From NCBI GenBank assembly GCA_026005055.1, contig BPKI01000001.1, forward strand, positions 2,371,608 through 2,435,607: 64,000 nt of DNA, given 5' to 3'. The position numbers were made by a program, and so were the translations under genes. This stretch comes from Lysobacterales bacterium. GTDB lineage: Bacteria; Pseudomonadota; Gammaproteobacteria; Xanthomonadales; BPKI01. Positions 18,909 to 28,671 of the stretch are shown one piece after another (position 1 is the first letter of the stretch; every line of letters starts with the position of its first letter). The notes beneath the pieces are model-generated. The model ran no database searches. It saw nothing but the letters and a program-made list of their open reading frames with translations, and was not told the DNA's origin.

Positions 18909-20146
18909 CGATTCCCTCCAATATCGCCTCGGCTCCAGAGCTCCCCGAGGGAATAACGATCGAGCCACCCCGAGAGGGCTTGCGCGTCGAGGCGGCGTAC
19001 CGAGGTTCCCTCATCCTCGCGCTCCACCACCAGGATTCGCTCGGGGTCCTCGCCGAGGGCATCGACCAGGGCTTCGGAATGGGTGGTGATGATGAGCTGC
19101 GTGCGCGTCGAAGCCTCGACCAGCATTTCGGCCAGTTCCCCGACGAGATCGGGGTGCAGGCCCAGTTCCGGTTCCTCGATACAGAGCAACGATCCTGGAT
19201 CAGGATGACACAGGATCGCCACCAGGCTGAGGAAGCGCAGGGTGCCGTCGGAGAGCCGACTCGCGGGGATCGCCCGACCGTGCTCGATGAGCACGAGTTG
19301 CACCGACCCCGAAACCAATCGGACCTCGAAGTCGTCGAGGCCCGGGTAAAGCTGACGCACGCGCTCGAGAACCTTTGCACGAGCCTCGGAACTTCGCAGG
19401 TTGCTGAGCACATGCGCGAGGTTGCTGCCATCGGGCAGCAAGCGGTCGCCCGGAAGATCGGCTTTGTGCTCGAGTCGCTGCGGCGTCATCCGGCCGAAGT
19501 GCCATTCGCGATAGATGCGCACGCGTTCAAGCTGGCTGGCGACGAAGGCGAGCTCGGGATAATGGTCGGGGTCCCGGCGCTGGGCGAGGATCGATTGGGT
19601 AGGGTCGATGTCCTCCGGGCGCAACTTGCGCAAGCGCCCCGGGCGTTCTTCTCCGCGTTCGCCGACACCACCGCCCTCCTCGGCAAAGCCTCGGACGTTG
19701 AGCAAGGCGTGCCGACCATCGAAGGTGTAGAAGCGGTAGGGTTCGGGGAAGCCGGAGTAGGCCTGCTTGTTCTCGAGCCGCTCCTCGAAGATGCGGAAGC
19801 GGCCGTCCTCGTCGCGGCCGAAGCGCAGGCGATGGCGCATCGGCATCTGCGTTCGGCTGCGCGGATTGACGAATATCGCCTCGATCGTCGCCTCTGGTGG
19901 CCCCAGACGGTCGCCTTCCCCGAAGTCGCTGCGTCCTCCTTTCCACAGCCAATCGGAAAGATTGCCGCCGGCGCGCAAGGGCTCAACCAGATTCCGCGGC
20001 GCATTCGCCAGAAGCTCGATGACGTCGATGAGATTGGACTTGCCGGCACCGTTCGGACCGATCAAGACATTAAGCGGTCGCAAATTGAGTTCGAGGCCCT
20101 TCGGAGGAAAACTGAGCAGGCCGGCGATACGCAATGACTCAAGCAT
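18902..20146 (-). CDS. ABC-type (AAA_15/AAA_21-like, SMC/OLD-related) ATPase
   Basis: Walker A LIGPNGAGKSNLIDVIELL, then LSDGTLRFLSLVAIL, Walker B LLCIEEPELGLHPD, and LIITTHS (H-loop). ATG 20146 with a GAGGG Shine-Dalgarno is preferred to the TTG at 20152. Confidence 0.8.
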   Translation of the reverse strand: MLESLRIAGLLSFPPKGLELNLRPLNVLIGPNGAGKSNLIDVIELLANAPRNLVEPLRAGGNLSDWLWKGGRSDFGEGDRLGPPEATIEAIFVNPRSRTQMPMRHRLRFGRDEDGRFRIFEERLENKQAYSGFPEPYRFYTFDGRHALLNVRGFAEEGGGVGERGEERPGRLRKLRPEDIDPTQSILAQRRDPDHYPELAFVASQLERVRIYREWHFGRMTPQRLEHKADLPGDRLLPDGSNLAHVLSNLRSSEARAKVLERVRQLYPGLDDFEVRLVSGSVQLVLIEHGRAIPASRLSDGTLRFLSLVAILCHPDPGSLLCIEEPELGLHPDLVGELAEMLVEASTRTQLIITTHSEALVDALGEDPERILVVEREDEGTSVRRLDAQALSGWLDRYSLGELWSRGDIGGNRW

Positions 20147-20168
20147 CGTCAAAGCCCTCGTAATGCCT

Positions 20169-21068
20169 TCAAAAATACCCCTCCCGCTTCTTCCGCTCCA
20201 TGCTCGCCGCCTCGTCGTGGTCGATGAGTCGGCCCTGCCGCTCGGAATGGCGAGTGGCGAATTGTTCGGCGATGAGCTGATCGAGGTCCTCGGCCGCGGA
20301 GGGGATGGCGCCGGAAAGCGGCCAGCAGCCGAGGCTCCGGAAACGCACCTTGATCATCTTCGCCGGCGGGAAGCGATCGGCATAGCGTTCATCATCGAGC
20401 ACGATGAGCGCGCCCTGGTGCTCCACCACCGGTCTTTCGCGCGCGAAGTAAAGCGGCACCACTTCGATCCCCTCGCGTTGGATGTAAAGCCAGACATCGA
20501 GCTCAGTCCAGTCCGAGAGCGGAAAGACGCGCATGGTCTCCTCAGGGCCCAGGCGGCCGTTCAAGAGCTCCCAGAACTCCGGGCGCTGGCGGCGCGGATC
20601 CCAGCGCTGGCCAGCATGGCGCAGCGAAAAGATGCGCTCCTTCGCCCGCGAGCGCTCTTCATCCCGGCGTGCGCCCCCGATGGCGGCATCGAAACCATGC
20701 TGAGCCAGCGCGAGCTTGAGCGCCTCCGTCTTCATGACTTCGGTGTGAAGAGCGGCGCCATGATCGAGAGGATTGATGCCGCGCCGGATGCCCTCTTCGT
20801 TGCGGAAGACGATGAGCCTGAGCCCGAAGCGCGCCGCCATCGCGTCGCGGAAGGCGTACATCTCGCGGAACTTCCAGCCGGTGTCGATATGGAGCAGGGG
20901 GAAAGGGATGGGCGCCGGATGGAAGGCCTTGCGCGCGAGATGAAGCAGCACCGAGGAGTCCTTGCCGATCGAATAGAGCAGCACCGGCCGGCGGAACTGC
21001 GCCGCTGCCTCGCGCAGGATGTGAATCGCCTCCGCCTCGAGACGATCGAGATGATGCAGTTCACTCAT
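20169..21068 (-). CDS. cysD: Sulfate adenylyltransferase subunit 2
   Basis: [62 protein letters not shown] shows the PAPS-reductase-like ATP-PPase fold typical of CysD. ATG 21068 is preferred to GTG 21077. Confidence 0.9.
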   Translation of the reverse strand: MSELHHLDRLEAEAIHILREAAAQFRRPVLLYSIGKDSSVLLHLARKAFHPAPIPFPLLHIDTGWKFREMYAFRDAMAARFGLRLIVFRNEEGIRRGINPLDHGAALHTEVMKTEALKLALAQHGFDAAIGGARRDEERSRAKERIFSLRHAGQRWDPRRQRPEFWELLNGRLGPEETMRVFPLSDWTELDVWLYIQREGIEVVPLYFARERPVVEHQGALIVLDDERYADRFPPAKMIKVRFRSLGCWPLSGAIPSAAEDLDQLIAEQFATRHSERQGRLIDHDEAASMERKKREGYF

Positions 21069-21129
21069 CGCCGCCACTCCGGGAGGGGCGATTCTACGGC
21101 CGGGCAGGCCGCCTGCCGGTCACGAATCC

Positions 21130-22176
21130 TCATGCCGCCATGCCGGCGCGCCAGTCGAGATACCACTGCGCGAAGCGGCGCACCCCCTCCTCGACCGGCG
21201 TTTCCGGGCGAAAGCCGATCAGCGCCGCGAGCGCCGAAGCATCGGCCTCGGTCTCCTCCACGTCCCCAGGCTGGGCGGGAAGAAGCTCCCGCTGCGCCTT
21301 CCGACCCAAAGCCGCCTCGAGCAGCTCCAGGTAGCGGGTGAGTTCCACCGCCCGCGCGTTGCCGAGGTTGAGCAGGCGGTAGGGAGCCACACCGCTGCTT
21401 TTGGGATCGGGCCTGCGCGGATCCCAATCCGGATCGGGACGAGGGCTCAGTGGCGCCAAGGCGAGCAAGGCCGCGATCACATCATCCACGTAGGTGAAGC
21501 TCCGCCGGTGGCGGCCGTGGTTGTAGAGCGGCACGGGCCGACCATCGAGGATCGCTTCGGCGAAGCGGAAGAGCGCCATGTCCGGACGGCCCCAGGGACC
21601 GTAGACGGTAAAGAAGCGGAGCACGGTCACGGGAATCCCGAAAAGATGGGCGTAGGCATGCGCCATCGCCTCGCAGCCTTTTTTGCTCGCGGCGTAGAGC
21701 GTGAGCGGATGGTCCGTGCCCTGATCCTCGCGAAACGGCAGGCAGCGGTTCGCGCCATAGACGCTGCTCGTGCTCGCCAACAGCAAATGCCGCACCGGAT
21801 GGCGGCGGCAGCCCTCGAGCACATGCAAGCTGCCCACCACGTTGCTTTGCACGTAGGCTTCCGGATTCTCGGCGGCATAGCGCACCCCGGCCTGCGCGGC
21901 GAGGTGAAAGACGATCTCCGGTCGGTGCTCGGCGAAGGCCGCCGCCACGGCCTCGCGATCGGTGAGATCGGCCTGAAGGTGCGTGAACGCGCCGGCTTCG
22001 GCGATCCAGCGCAAGCGCGCGCGCTTGAGCTTGGGGTCGTAGTAAGGGTTGAGATTGTCGAAGCCGATCAGCTCGGCGCCAAGCTCGAGCAAGCGCCGGG
22101 AGAGATGCGCACCGATGAAGCCGGCATGGCCGGTGACCAGCACCCGGCGCCCGCGCCAAAACTCAGAGCCGGCCAT
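21130..22176 (-). CDS. NAD-dependent nucleotide-sugar epimerase (UDP-glucuronate/UDP-GlcNAcA 4-epimerase-like)
   Basis: VLVTGHAGFIGAHLSRRLLELGAELIGFDNLNPYYDPKLK and YAASK, an SDR extended-family pattern. It overlaps the upstream dehydrogenase by 14 nt. Confidence 0.85.
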   Translation of the reverse strand: MAGSEFWRGRRVLVTGHAGFIGAHLSRRLLELGAELIGFDNLNPYYDPKLKRARLRWIAEAGAFTHLQADLTDREAVAAAFAEHRPEIVFHLAAQAGVRYAAENPEAYVQSNVVGSLHVLEGCRRHPVRHLLLASTSSVYGANRCLPFREDQGTDHPLTLYAASKKGCEAMAHAYAHLFGIPVTVLRFFTVYGPWGRPDMALFRFAEAILDGRPVPLYNHGRHRRSFTYVDDVIAALLALAPLSPRPDPDWDPRRPDPKSSGVAPYRLLNLGNARAVELTRYLELLEAALGRKAQRELLPAQPGDVEETEADASALAALIGFRPETPVEEGVRRFAQWYLDWRAGMAA

Positions 22177-23449
22177 CGACCGCCTCGCGCGGGAGGACGC
22201 CCTTCACGTCGAAGAGCACGGCGCCTGGCTTGCCGAAGGCGCGGATCCGCTCGGGGGGGCACTCGCGGTACTGGCGATGCGCCACCGCCAGCACCACCGC
22301 ATCGAAGGCGCCCTCCGGCGGCTCGGCGAGAAGCTCGAGCCCATACTCCCGCCGCGCCTCCTCGGGATCGGCCAAGGGGTCGTGCACCGCGACTTCGATG
22401 CGATAACCCCGCAACGCCTCCACCATGTCTGGAATACGGCTGTTGCGAATGTCGCGCACGTTCTCTTTGAAGGCGAGACCGAGGATCAGCGCCCTCGCCC
22501 CCACCGGATGGATGCCGCGGGCGAGCATGAGTCTCAGCACGCGCTCGGCCACGTAAGCGCCCATGCCATCGTTGATCCGCCGCCCGGCCAGGATGAGCTG
22601 GGGATGATGGCCGATTTCCTGGGCCTTGTAGGTGAGGTAATAGGGGTCCACGCCGATGCAATGCCCGCCGACCAAACCCGGCCGAAACGGCAGGAAGTTC
22701 CACTTGGTGCCCGCCGCCTCCAGAACCTCGAGCGTATCGAGCCCGAGCTTGTGAAAAAGGATGGCAAGCTCATTGACGAGCGCGATGTTGAGGTCGCGCT
22801 GAGTGTTTTCGATCACTTTCGCCGCCTCCGCGACGCGGATGCTCGAGCAGCGGTGAAGCCCTGCCCGCACCACCTCGCCGTAGAGCGCCTCCATGCGCGA
22901 GAGCGCCGCCCCGCTCGATGCCGCGATGAGCTTGACCACGTTGTCGAGGCGGTGCTCGGGGTCGCCGGGGTTGATCCGCTCGGGGCTGTAGCCCACGGCA
23001 AAGCTCGGTCCCTGGCCCGCACACCCTTCGTAGCGAAGGCCCGAGAGCTGTTCGAGGACGGGCACGCAGACCTCTTCGGTGCAACCGGGATAGACCGTGC
23101 TCTCGTAGATCACGAGGCTGTCGGGGGTGAGCGCCCGCCCGACGGTTTCGCTGGCGCGAAGCAGGGCAGTGAGATCGGGTCTTTTCGCCCGATCGACCGG
23201 AGTTGGAACCGCGATCACGAACAGGGAATGGCCCCTCAGCGCCTCAGGATCGCTGCTCAAGCGAAGCTGCTTCGCCTCGGCGAGAGCCTCCGGCGCACAC
23301 TCGCCGCTTCGATCGATGCCTCGGCGAAGCTCCGCGATCCGCGTGGCATCGAGGTCGAACCCGAGCGTCGGCCGCTGTCGCCCGAAGGCCAGGGCCAAAG
23401 GCAGGCCGACGTAGCCAAGCCCGATGACCGCGACCGCTTCCTTCTCCAT
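22163..23449 (-). CDS. Nucleotide-sugar 6-dehydrogenase (UDP-glucose/GDP-mannose dehydrogenase family, TviB/WbpO-like)
   Basis: VAVIGLGYVGLPLALAFG Rossmann motif, GGHCIGVDPYYL catalytic Cys region, 428 aa. Confidence 0.85.
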   Translation of the reverse strand: MEKEAVAVIGLGYVGLPLALAFGRQRPTLGFDLDATRIAELRRGIDRSGECAPEALAEAKQLRLSSDPEALRGHSLFVIAVPTPVDRAKRPDLTALLRASETVGRALTPDSLVIYESTVYPGCTEEVCVPVLEQLSGLRYEGCAGQGPSFAVGYSPERINPGDPEHRLDNVVKLIAASSGAALSRMEALYGEVVRAGLHRCSSIRVAEAAKVIENTQRDLNIALVNELAILFHKLGLDTLEVLEAAGTKWNFLPFRPGLVGGHCIGVDPYYLTYKAQEIGHHPQLILAGRRINDGMGAYVAERVLRLMLARGIHPVGARALILGLAFKENVRDIRNSRIPDMVEALRGYRIEVAVHDPLADPEEARREYGLELLAEPPEGAFDAVVLAVAHRQYRECPPERIRAFGKPGAVLFDVKGVLPREAVDGRL

Positions 23450-23527
23450 CACCCGCCACCCGAAGCCGTGAGCACTTTAGTGTCGCCGATTTCCCACCGG
23501 CCTGGCCCGGCGTACACTGCCCGCCCC

Positions 23528-24532
23528 ATGTCCGCCCCCAACGCCCGCGAAGCCGAGCGCCACGCCTTTCTCGCTCGCTACCTCAGAGGGCCCTTTCGCC
23601 TCGCGCCCGCCTCGGAGGATGCGAGCTTTCGGCGCTACTTCCGCGTGCATCGCGACGGTTGCAGCCTGATCCTGATGGATGCCCCGCCGGAACGGGAGGA
23701 CGTGCGGCCGTGGCTCGATGTTGCCGAGCGGCTTCGCGCCGCAGGCTTGCACGCGCCCGCCGTGGAGGCTGACGACCCCGAGGCCGGGTTCGTGCTGATG
23801 GAGGACCTCGGGAGCACGCTCTATCTCGCCCGCCTCGCCCCGACCACGGCCGATGCGCTCTATGGCGAGGCGATGGCGGCGCTGCGTCGGCTTCAGCTTT
23901 ACGCCGATGGCTCTGGCCTGCCGCCTTATGACGAGATGCGGCTCCAGGCCGAGCTCGATCTGCTGCCTGAGTGGTTCCTCGCTCGGCATCTCGGTCATGC
24001 CGTGGGGGTCGAGGAACAGGAGCTGCTCGCCGAGGCCTTTCGCCAACTCATCGCCTCGGCGCGCGCCGAGCCCCAGGTCTTTGTCCATCGCGACTACCAC
24101 AGCCGCAACCTGCTCATCGTGCCGGCGAACGGTCCTGGCATCGTCGATTTCCAGGACGCGGTGATCGGCCCTTTGAGTTACGACCTCGTCTCACTGCTTC
24201 GCGATTGCTACATCGCCTGGGCGCCTCAAGCCGTGCGCCGCTGGGCGGAGCAGCATCGGCTGCGCCTTGCTGCGGAAGGTTTTCCGGTGCCGGACCGCGC
24301 CGACTTCGAACGTGCCTTCGATTGGATGGGGCTTCAGCGCCACCTCAAAGTGCTCGGCATCTTCTGCCGCCTGTGGTACCGCGACGGCAAGCCCGGTTAT
24401 CTCGGCGACTTGCCGCGGGTTTTCGCCTATGTCGAACAGGTGGCGAGCCGCTATCGCGAATTCGCCCCGCTGCTCGCTTTGCTCCGGCGCGCCATCGACG
24501 AACGCGACCTCACCCGTCCATGCGCGCCCTGA
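23528..24532 (+). CDS. amgK: Aminoglycoside-phosphotransferase-fold kinase, probably anomeric MurNAc/GlcNAc kinase
   Basis: ASFRRYFRV..LILMDAPPE..HRDYHSRNLL..IVDFQDA, a kinase-fold Brenner/DFQ-like motif. It overlaps murU by 13 nt. It is the 3' part of the track ORF 22049-24532. Confidence 0.7.
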   Translation: MSAPNAREAERHAFLARYLRGPFRLAPASEDASFRRYFRVHRDGCSLILMDAPPEREDVRPWLDVAERLRAAGLHAPAVEADDPEAGFVLMEDLGSTLYLARLAPTTADALYGEAMAALRRLQLYADGSGLPPYDEMRLQAELDLLPEWFLARHLGHAVGVEEQELLAEAFRQLIASARAEPQVFVHRDYHSRNLLIVPANGPGIVDFQDAVIGPLSYDLVSLLRDCYIAWAPQAVRRWAEQHRLRLAAEGFPVPDRADFERAFDWMGLQRHLKVLGIFCRLWYRDGKPGYLGDLPRVFAYVEQVASRYREFAPLLALLRRAIDERDLTRPCAP

Positions 24533-25263
24533 TCTTCGCCGCTGGCCACGGCAAGCGCATGGGCGCCCTCTCGCGCCATTGCCCGAAGCCCTTGCTCCAG
24601 GTGGCGGGCAAAAGCCTCATCGAGTGGCAGATCGAGCGCCTCAAGGCCGCCGGCATCGAGGAGCTCGTGATCAACCTCGCCAGGCACGGCGAGCGCATCC
24701 GCAATCGCCTGGGCGACGGTGCAAGCTTCGGCGTGCGCATCGCGTACAGCGAGGAGGGCGAGGCGCCGCTCGAAACCGGCGGCGGGATGCTCAAGGCCCT
24801 GCCCTTGCTCGGAGACGCTCCATTTCTCGCGCTCAACGCCGATGTCTGGTGCGAAGCCGATCTGCGAGCCTTCCGCACGCGCCCGCTTCGCGGTCTCGCC
24901 CATCTCATGCTCGTTCCCAACCCCCCGCATCACCCCACAGGCGATTTCGCCTTGAGCATGGATGGATTGCTTCGTGCGACCGGCCTGCCGCGCCACACCT
25001 TCGCCGGTATCGGCCTTTATCGCCCCGAAATCCTCGAGGGCTGGCCGCAACTCTTTCCGGAACCCCCGCGCAGCGCACGCGGCGATCCCATTTTTCCTCT
25101 CGGCCCCCTTCTTCGCCGCGCCGCCGAGGCGGGGCTCCTCACGGGCGAGCTTTTCGAGGGCTTCTGGCTCGACGTCGGCACCCCGAAACGCCTGGCGGCC
25201 TTGCGCGAGCGGCTCGAGACGAGCGCCGGATGGGTGCAGCAGCCACCGCCCTCAGGACTCTGA
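24520..25263 (+). CDS. murU: Nucleotidyltransferase, probably N-acetylmuramate alpha-1-phosphate uridylyltransferase
   Basis: MRALIFAAGHGKRMGALSRHCPKPLLQVAGKSLIEW, an NTP-transferase G-x-G-x-R motif. It is paired with the amgK-like gene, as in Pseudomonas. Confidence 0.75.
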   Translation: MRALIFAAGHGKRMGALSRHCPKPLLQVAGKSLIEWQIERLKAAGIEELVINLARHGERIRNRLGDGASFGVRIAYSEEGEAPLETGGGMLKALPLLGDAPFLALNADVWCEADLRAFRTRPLRGLAHLMLVPNPPHHPTGDFALSMDGLLRATGLPRHTFAGIGLYRPEILEGWPQLFPEPPRSARGDPIFPLGPLLRRAAEAGLLTGELFEGFWLDVGTPKRLAALRERLETSAGWVQQPPPSGL

Positions 25264-25971
25264 CCCGAGCAGCTCGCGGATGAGGGCGATGGTCGCGGGA
25301 CGCTGGCGGGCGAGGCTTTCCTGCTCGAGCCTTTCCAAGAAGGCCATCAGGCGCTTGAGATCCCGCGGATAACGCCGGAAAAGGTATTCGAGCGCGGCAT
25401 CCTCGATGCGCAACCCGACCTCGGCTGTCCGCGCGCGAAAGAGGGCGCGCCGTTCCTCTTCCGGAAGCGGCTGAAGCCGAAACCGCAGTCCTGCAAGCAA
25501 ACGCGAACGCAAGTCGGGCAGTAGGTCGCTCAGCGCCTCGGGGTGCTCGCGGCTTGCGACCAACACGCCCCCGCCACGGTCGCGCACGGCATTGAACAAG
25601 GCGAAGACGGCTTCCTCGAGCGCACGACGCCCGGCGAGGTCCTCCAGCCCATCGAGGGCCAAAAGCGAAGCATCGGCAAAGCTCAGCAGTGCCTCTGTCC
25701 GATCCTCCGCCCAAGATGCCGGTGCAACATATCGGCTTGCGCCCCCCGCCGCTGCGTGGGCCTGGCAGGACGCGACGAGAAGATGGGTTTTGCCGGTGCC
25801 GCTGGCCCCGAGCAAAAGAACGACGCCCTCCGGTCGTTGGGCAAAAGCGGCTACCGCGGCCACCGCCGCCGCGTTATCACCCACCCGGAAGCTCGAAAAA
25901 TCGCGCGCCCGGGGAAAGGCGATGGCCAGCGGCAACTGGGCGCGAGGCACGCCATCACTCCTCTGCCGCAT
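25252..25971 (-). CDS. hda: DnaA regulatory inactivator Hda
   Basis: LLLGASGTGKTHLL Walker A, with DnaA domain-III-like length (239 aa). It sits in the hda/perM/purMN neighbourhood. Confidence 0.8.
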   Translation of the reverse strand: MRQRSDGVPRAQLPLAIAFPRARDFSSFRVGDNAAAVAAVAAFAQRPEGVVLLLGASGTGKTHLLVASCQAHAAAGGASRYVAPASWAEDRTEALLSFADASLLALDGLEDLAGRRALEEAVFALFNAVRDRGGGVLVASREHPEALSDLLPDLRSRLLAGLRFRLQPLPEEERRALFRARTAEVGLRIEDAALEYLFRRYPRDLKRLMAFLERLEQESLARQRPATIALIRELLGSES

Positions 25972-27010
25972 AGAGCCGGCTCGAGCGATAGGCCCGAAGC
26001 GCTCGCCGCAGGAAGACGGCCAGGACGGCCGCTGCCGGTAGCGCGAGCAGCACGCCGAAAAAGCCGAGAAGCTGCCCGCCCGCGAGCAGCGCGAAGATCA
26101 CTGCTAGCGGATGCAGCCCGAGCTTTTCGCCGATGAGCCGTGGCGTCAGCCAGAAGCTCTCGAACGCCTGGATCGCCGCGAAAGCCGCGATCACGGCGAG
26201 AAGCGCCCACAGCGACCCGATCTCGATCCAGGCGGCGATCAAGGCAGCGCAGAGGCCGAGGATCAGGCCGAGGTAGGGCACGAAGCTCAAAAGCCCGGCC
26301 AAGAGCCCGATGAGCACGCCCGAGCGCAGTCCAATCAGCGCGAGCGCCGTGGAATAGAGCACGGCCAAGGTGAGCATGACCAAAAGTTGACCGCGGAGAA
26401 AGGCGGAAAGCGCCTCGTCCGCCTCACGCGCCATCGCTCTCACCTCGGGTGCATAACGGCGCGGAATCAGGCTGTCCAGGGCAATCAGCACCCGCGGCCA
26501 GTCGACCAGCAGATAGACCATGACCACCGGCGTGAGCACGAAAGTGCCAAGCAGAGCGAGCAGGGCCGCACCGGAGCGAGCCGCCTGCCCGAGCAGCGCC
26601 GCAAGCCAGCCGCCAGCCGAGGACCAATGCTCGCGCAGCAGCGCAAGCGCCTGAGCCGGCTCGAACGCGGGGATCTCGAGGCCGAATCGCTCCTTCAGCC
26701 ACGGCAGGACCCGCTCTTGAAGCCACGCGATGTAGCCGGGGAAGGCTTCGGCCGCCCGCACGATCTGCGCCTCGATGAAAGGCACGGCCAAAAGCACGAG
26801 GAGCACGGCGAGAAGCACGAACACGACCAGGACCAGCGCCACCGCGAGCGATCGTGCAAGCCCATGCCGCTCCAGGCGCACCACGATGGGGTTCAGCAAG
26901 TAGGCGAAGATGGCGCCGGCCAGGAAGGGGCTCAGGACCGGCGCCAGCCGCCAGAGCAGCCAGGCGCCGAGAACGACAAGGACCAGCACCCAGACGAGGC
27001 GAGCGTTCAC
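25955..27010 (-). CDS. AI-2E family transporter (PerM-like permease)
   Basis: A polytopic 351-aa protein taken from the 3' part of the track ORF 25955-27715. The GTG at 27010 overlaps the upstream stop (GTGA), and the resulting length is typical for the family. Confidence 0.8.
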   Translation of the reverse strand: MNARLVWVLVLVVLGAWLLWRLAPVLSPFLAGAIFAYLLNPIVVRLERHGLARSLAVALVLVVFVLLAVLLVLLAVPFIEAQIVRAAEAFPGYIAWLQERVLPWLKERFGLEIPAFEPAQALALLREHWSSAGGWLAALLGQAARSGAALLALLGTFVLTPVVMVYLLVDWPRVLIALDSLIPRRYAPEVRAMAREADEALSAFLRGQLLVMLTLAVLYSTALALIGLRSGVLIGLLAGLLSFVPYLGLILGLCAALIAAWIEIGSLWALLAVIAAFAAIQAFESFWLTPRLIGEKLGLHPLAVIFALLAGGQLLGFFGVLLALPAAAVLAVFLRRALRAYRSSRLYAAEE

Positions 27011-27576
27011 GCTGGCCTCGCCCGACGGGAAGCGCAGGCGCGGCCGGACCAGATCCAGACGTAGTGCAGGCCGCTCAAAAAGGTCAGAAGGGCGACGAGG
27101 ATCATCATCAGCCGGGTCCCCGCCTCGGGCAGAGGCCATAAGGATGCGCTCAGCAGAAGCCACACCAGGAGCGAGAGCTGGGCGAAGGTGGTGATCTTGC
27201 CGCTCTTCGTCGGCTCTGGCTCGAATGGCCCGATCAGCAGGCGGTAGGCGATCGCGCCGAGCACGATGATCAGATCGCGGCCGACGACGAGCATGAGGAG
27301 CCACGCGGGAAGCAGGCCCGCACCGTGAAGCCCGACGAAGGCCGCGAGCACCAGCAGCTTGTCGGCGATCGGATCGAGCATGCCGCCGAGGCGGGTGACC
27401 CAGCCGTATCGCTTCGCCAGCCAGCCGTCGAGCACGTCGCTCAGCCCGGCCACGGCCGCGATCACCGCCGCCCGCGCGAAGTGCCCGGCATCCAGCGCCT
27501 GGTAGAGCGGCCAGGCGAGCAGCAGCCGGATCAGCGTGATCGCGTTCGGGATCCAGATCAGCCTGAGAGAGCTCAT
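27007..27576 (-). CDS. CDP-alcohol phosphatidyltransferase family protein
   Basis: IPNAITLIRL.. and the DVLDGWLAKRYGWVTRLGGMLDPIADK motif (DGx2ARx8Gx3Dx3D). ATG 27576 overlaps the upstream stop (ATGA). Confidence 0.8.
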   Translation of the reverse strand: MSSLRLIWIPNAITLIRLLLAWPLYQALDAGHFARAAVIAAVAGLSDVLDGWLAKRYGWVTRLGGMLDPIADKLLVLAAFVGLHGAGLLPAWLLMLVVGRDLIIVLGAIAYRLLIGPFEPEPTKSGKITTFAQLSLLVWLLLSASLWPLPEAGTRLMMILVALLTFLSGLHYVWIWSGRACASRRARPA

Positions 27577-28601
27577 GGAAGCCACACGAACTGCGAATCG
27601 GCAGGCGAATCGGGCAGCGGTCGGGGATCGGGCTCGAGGCGCGGATCGAGCCTGAGCAGATCGAGCGCGCGCACGCGATGGATGCGCGACTCGACCGTGA
27701 GCAGCAAGCGATCATCCTCGGCGAGTTCGGGGCGAATCGAGCGGAACACGGGTTCGCTGCGCAGCTTTCGGATCAGGGAGAGGTAGTCTTCCGCCGATCG
27801 GATTCCGGCGACCGACAGGGCAAAGGTCTGGGGGATGCGCTCGGTGGCCGGCACGGCATACCGCGCCGCCAGCCAGCGATGGAGCGTCGCCATCGCCGCG
27901 GAAGCGACATTCTCGCTCGTCACGGTTTCTCGGTGCCTGGCCGCTCGGTCGGCCTGCCACAGCAGCCATTCCGCCTGCCCCGGCTGGAGATCCCAACGCA
28001 CGCGGCCGGCGAGCACCACCCGCAGCGCGTATTGTTTGGCCAATGCGGCGAATCCCTGCGCGCGAGCGATCGCCTCGCTGATCATCCGATCCTCGATCGG
28101 ATCGGAGCGCGGGAATACCAGAGGATAGCCCAGGGCCGAAGCCGCGCTCCGGAAGAGCGGCACGAGGGGATGATCGTCGCGGATCAGCGCGGTCGAGCCA
28201 TCTTCCCTATGCTCCTCGATCAGCAGCAGCACCGGCGTGCGGTGCCCGAACCAGATCGGCGCACGGGCCTCCTCGAGCAAGGCGATGACCTGCTCCGGAT
28301 CGAAGCTCACCCGCAGCGACAAATCCGGCGGAGTGTTCGTGACTTCACCGGGTACGGCATCGAGGTAAACGAAGCTTCTCAGGAATCGCGTGGGATCGCC
28401 GAATGCGGCGCGGACCGCGGGATCGGCCTCGAGGCCGGTCGTCCCGCTCAAGCGGAAAAGCAACTGAGCGAATGCTTGGCGGATAGCGAGGACGCGAGTC
28501 GGCTCGCCACGGTCGGCCACGTCCACCACCACGTCGTAGAGACCCACCTGAGCCCCCGCCGGAAACGAAAGGAGCAGCGCGAGAAGGAGCGGCAGACGCA
28601 T
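27573..28601 (-). CDS. Periplasmic protein, DUF2066-like
   Basis: Signal peptide [18 protein letters not shown]. It lies divergent from purM, as does the DUF2066 gene in pseudomonads. The family name is from memory. Confidence 0.55.
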   Translation of the reverse strand: MRLPLLLALLLSFPAGAQVGLYDVVVDVADRGEPTRVLAIRQAFAQLLFRLSGTTGLEADPAVRAAFGDPTRFLRSFVYLDAVPGEVTNTPPDLSLRVSFDPEQVIALLEEARAPIWFGHRTPVLLLIEEHREDGSTALIRDDHPLVPLFRSAASALGYPLVFPRSDPIEDRMISEAIARAQGFAALAKQYALRVVLAGRVRWDLQPGQAEWLLWQADRAARHRETVTSENVASAAMATLHRWLAARYAVPATERIPQTFALSVAGIRSAEDYLSLIRKLRSEPVFRSIRPELAEDDRLLLTVESRIHRVRALDLLRLDPRLEPDPRPLPDSPADSQFVWLP

Positions 28602-28671
28602 GGATCGAACTCTGCTCAAATCGGGGACGTCCGTCTATCATCCCCGTTTCCGCCGCGAGAGGCACGGCCCG

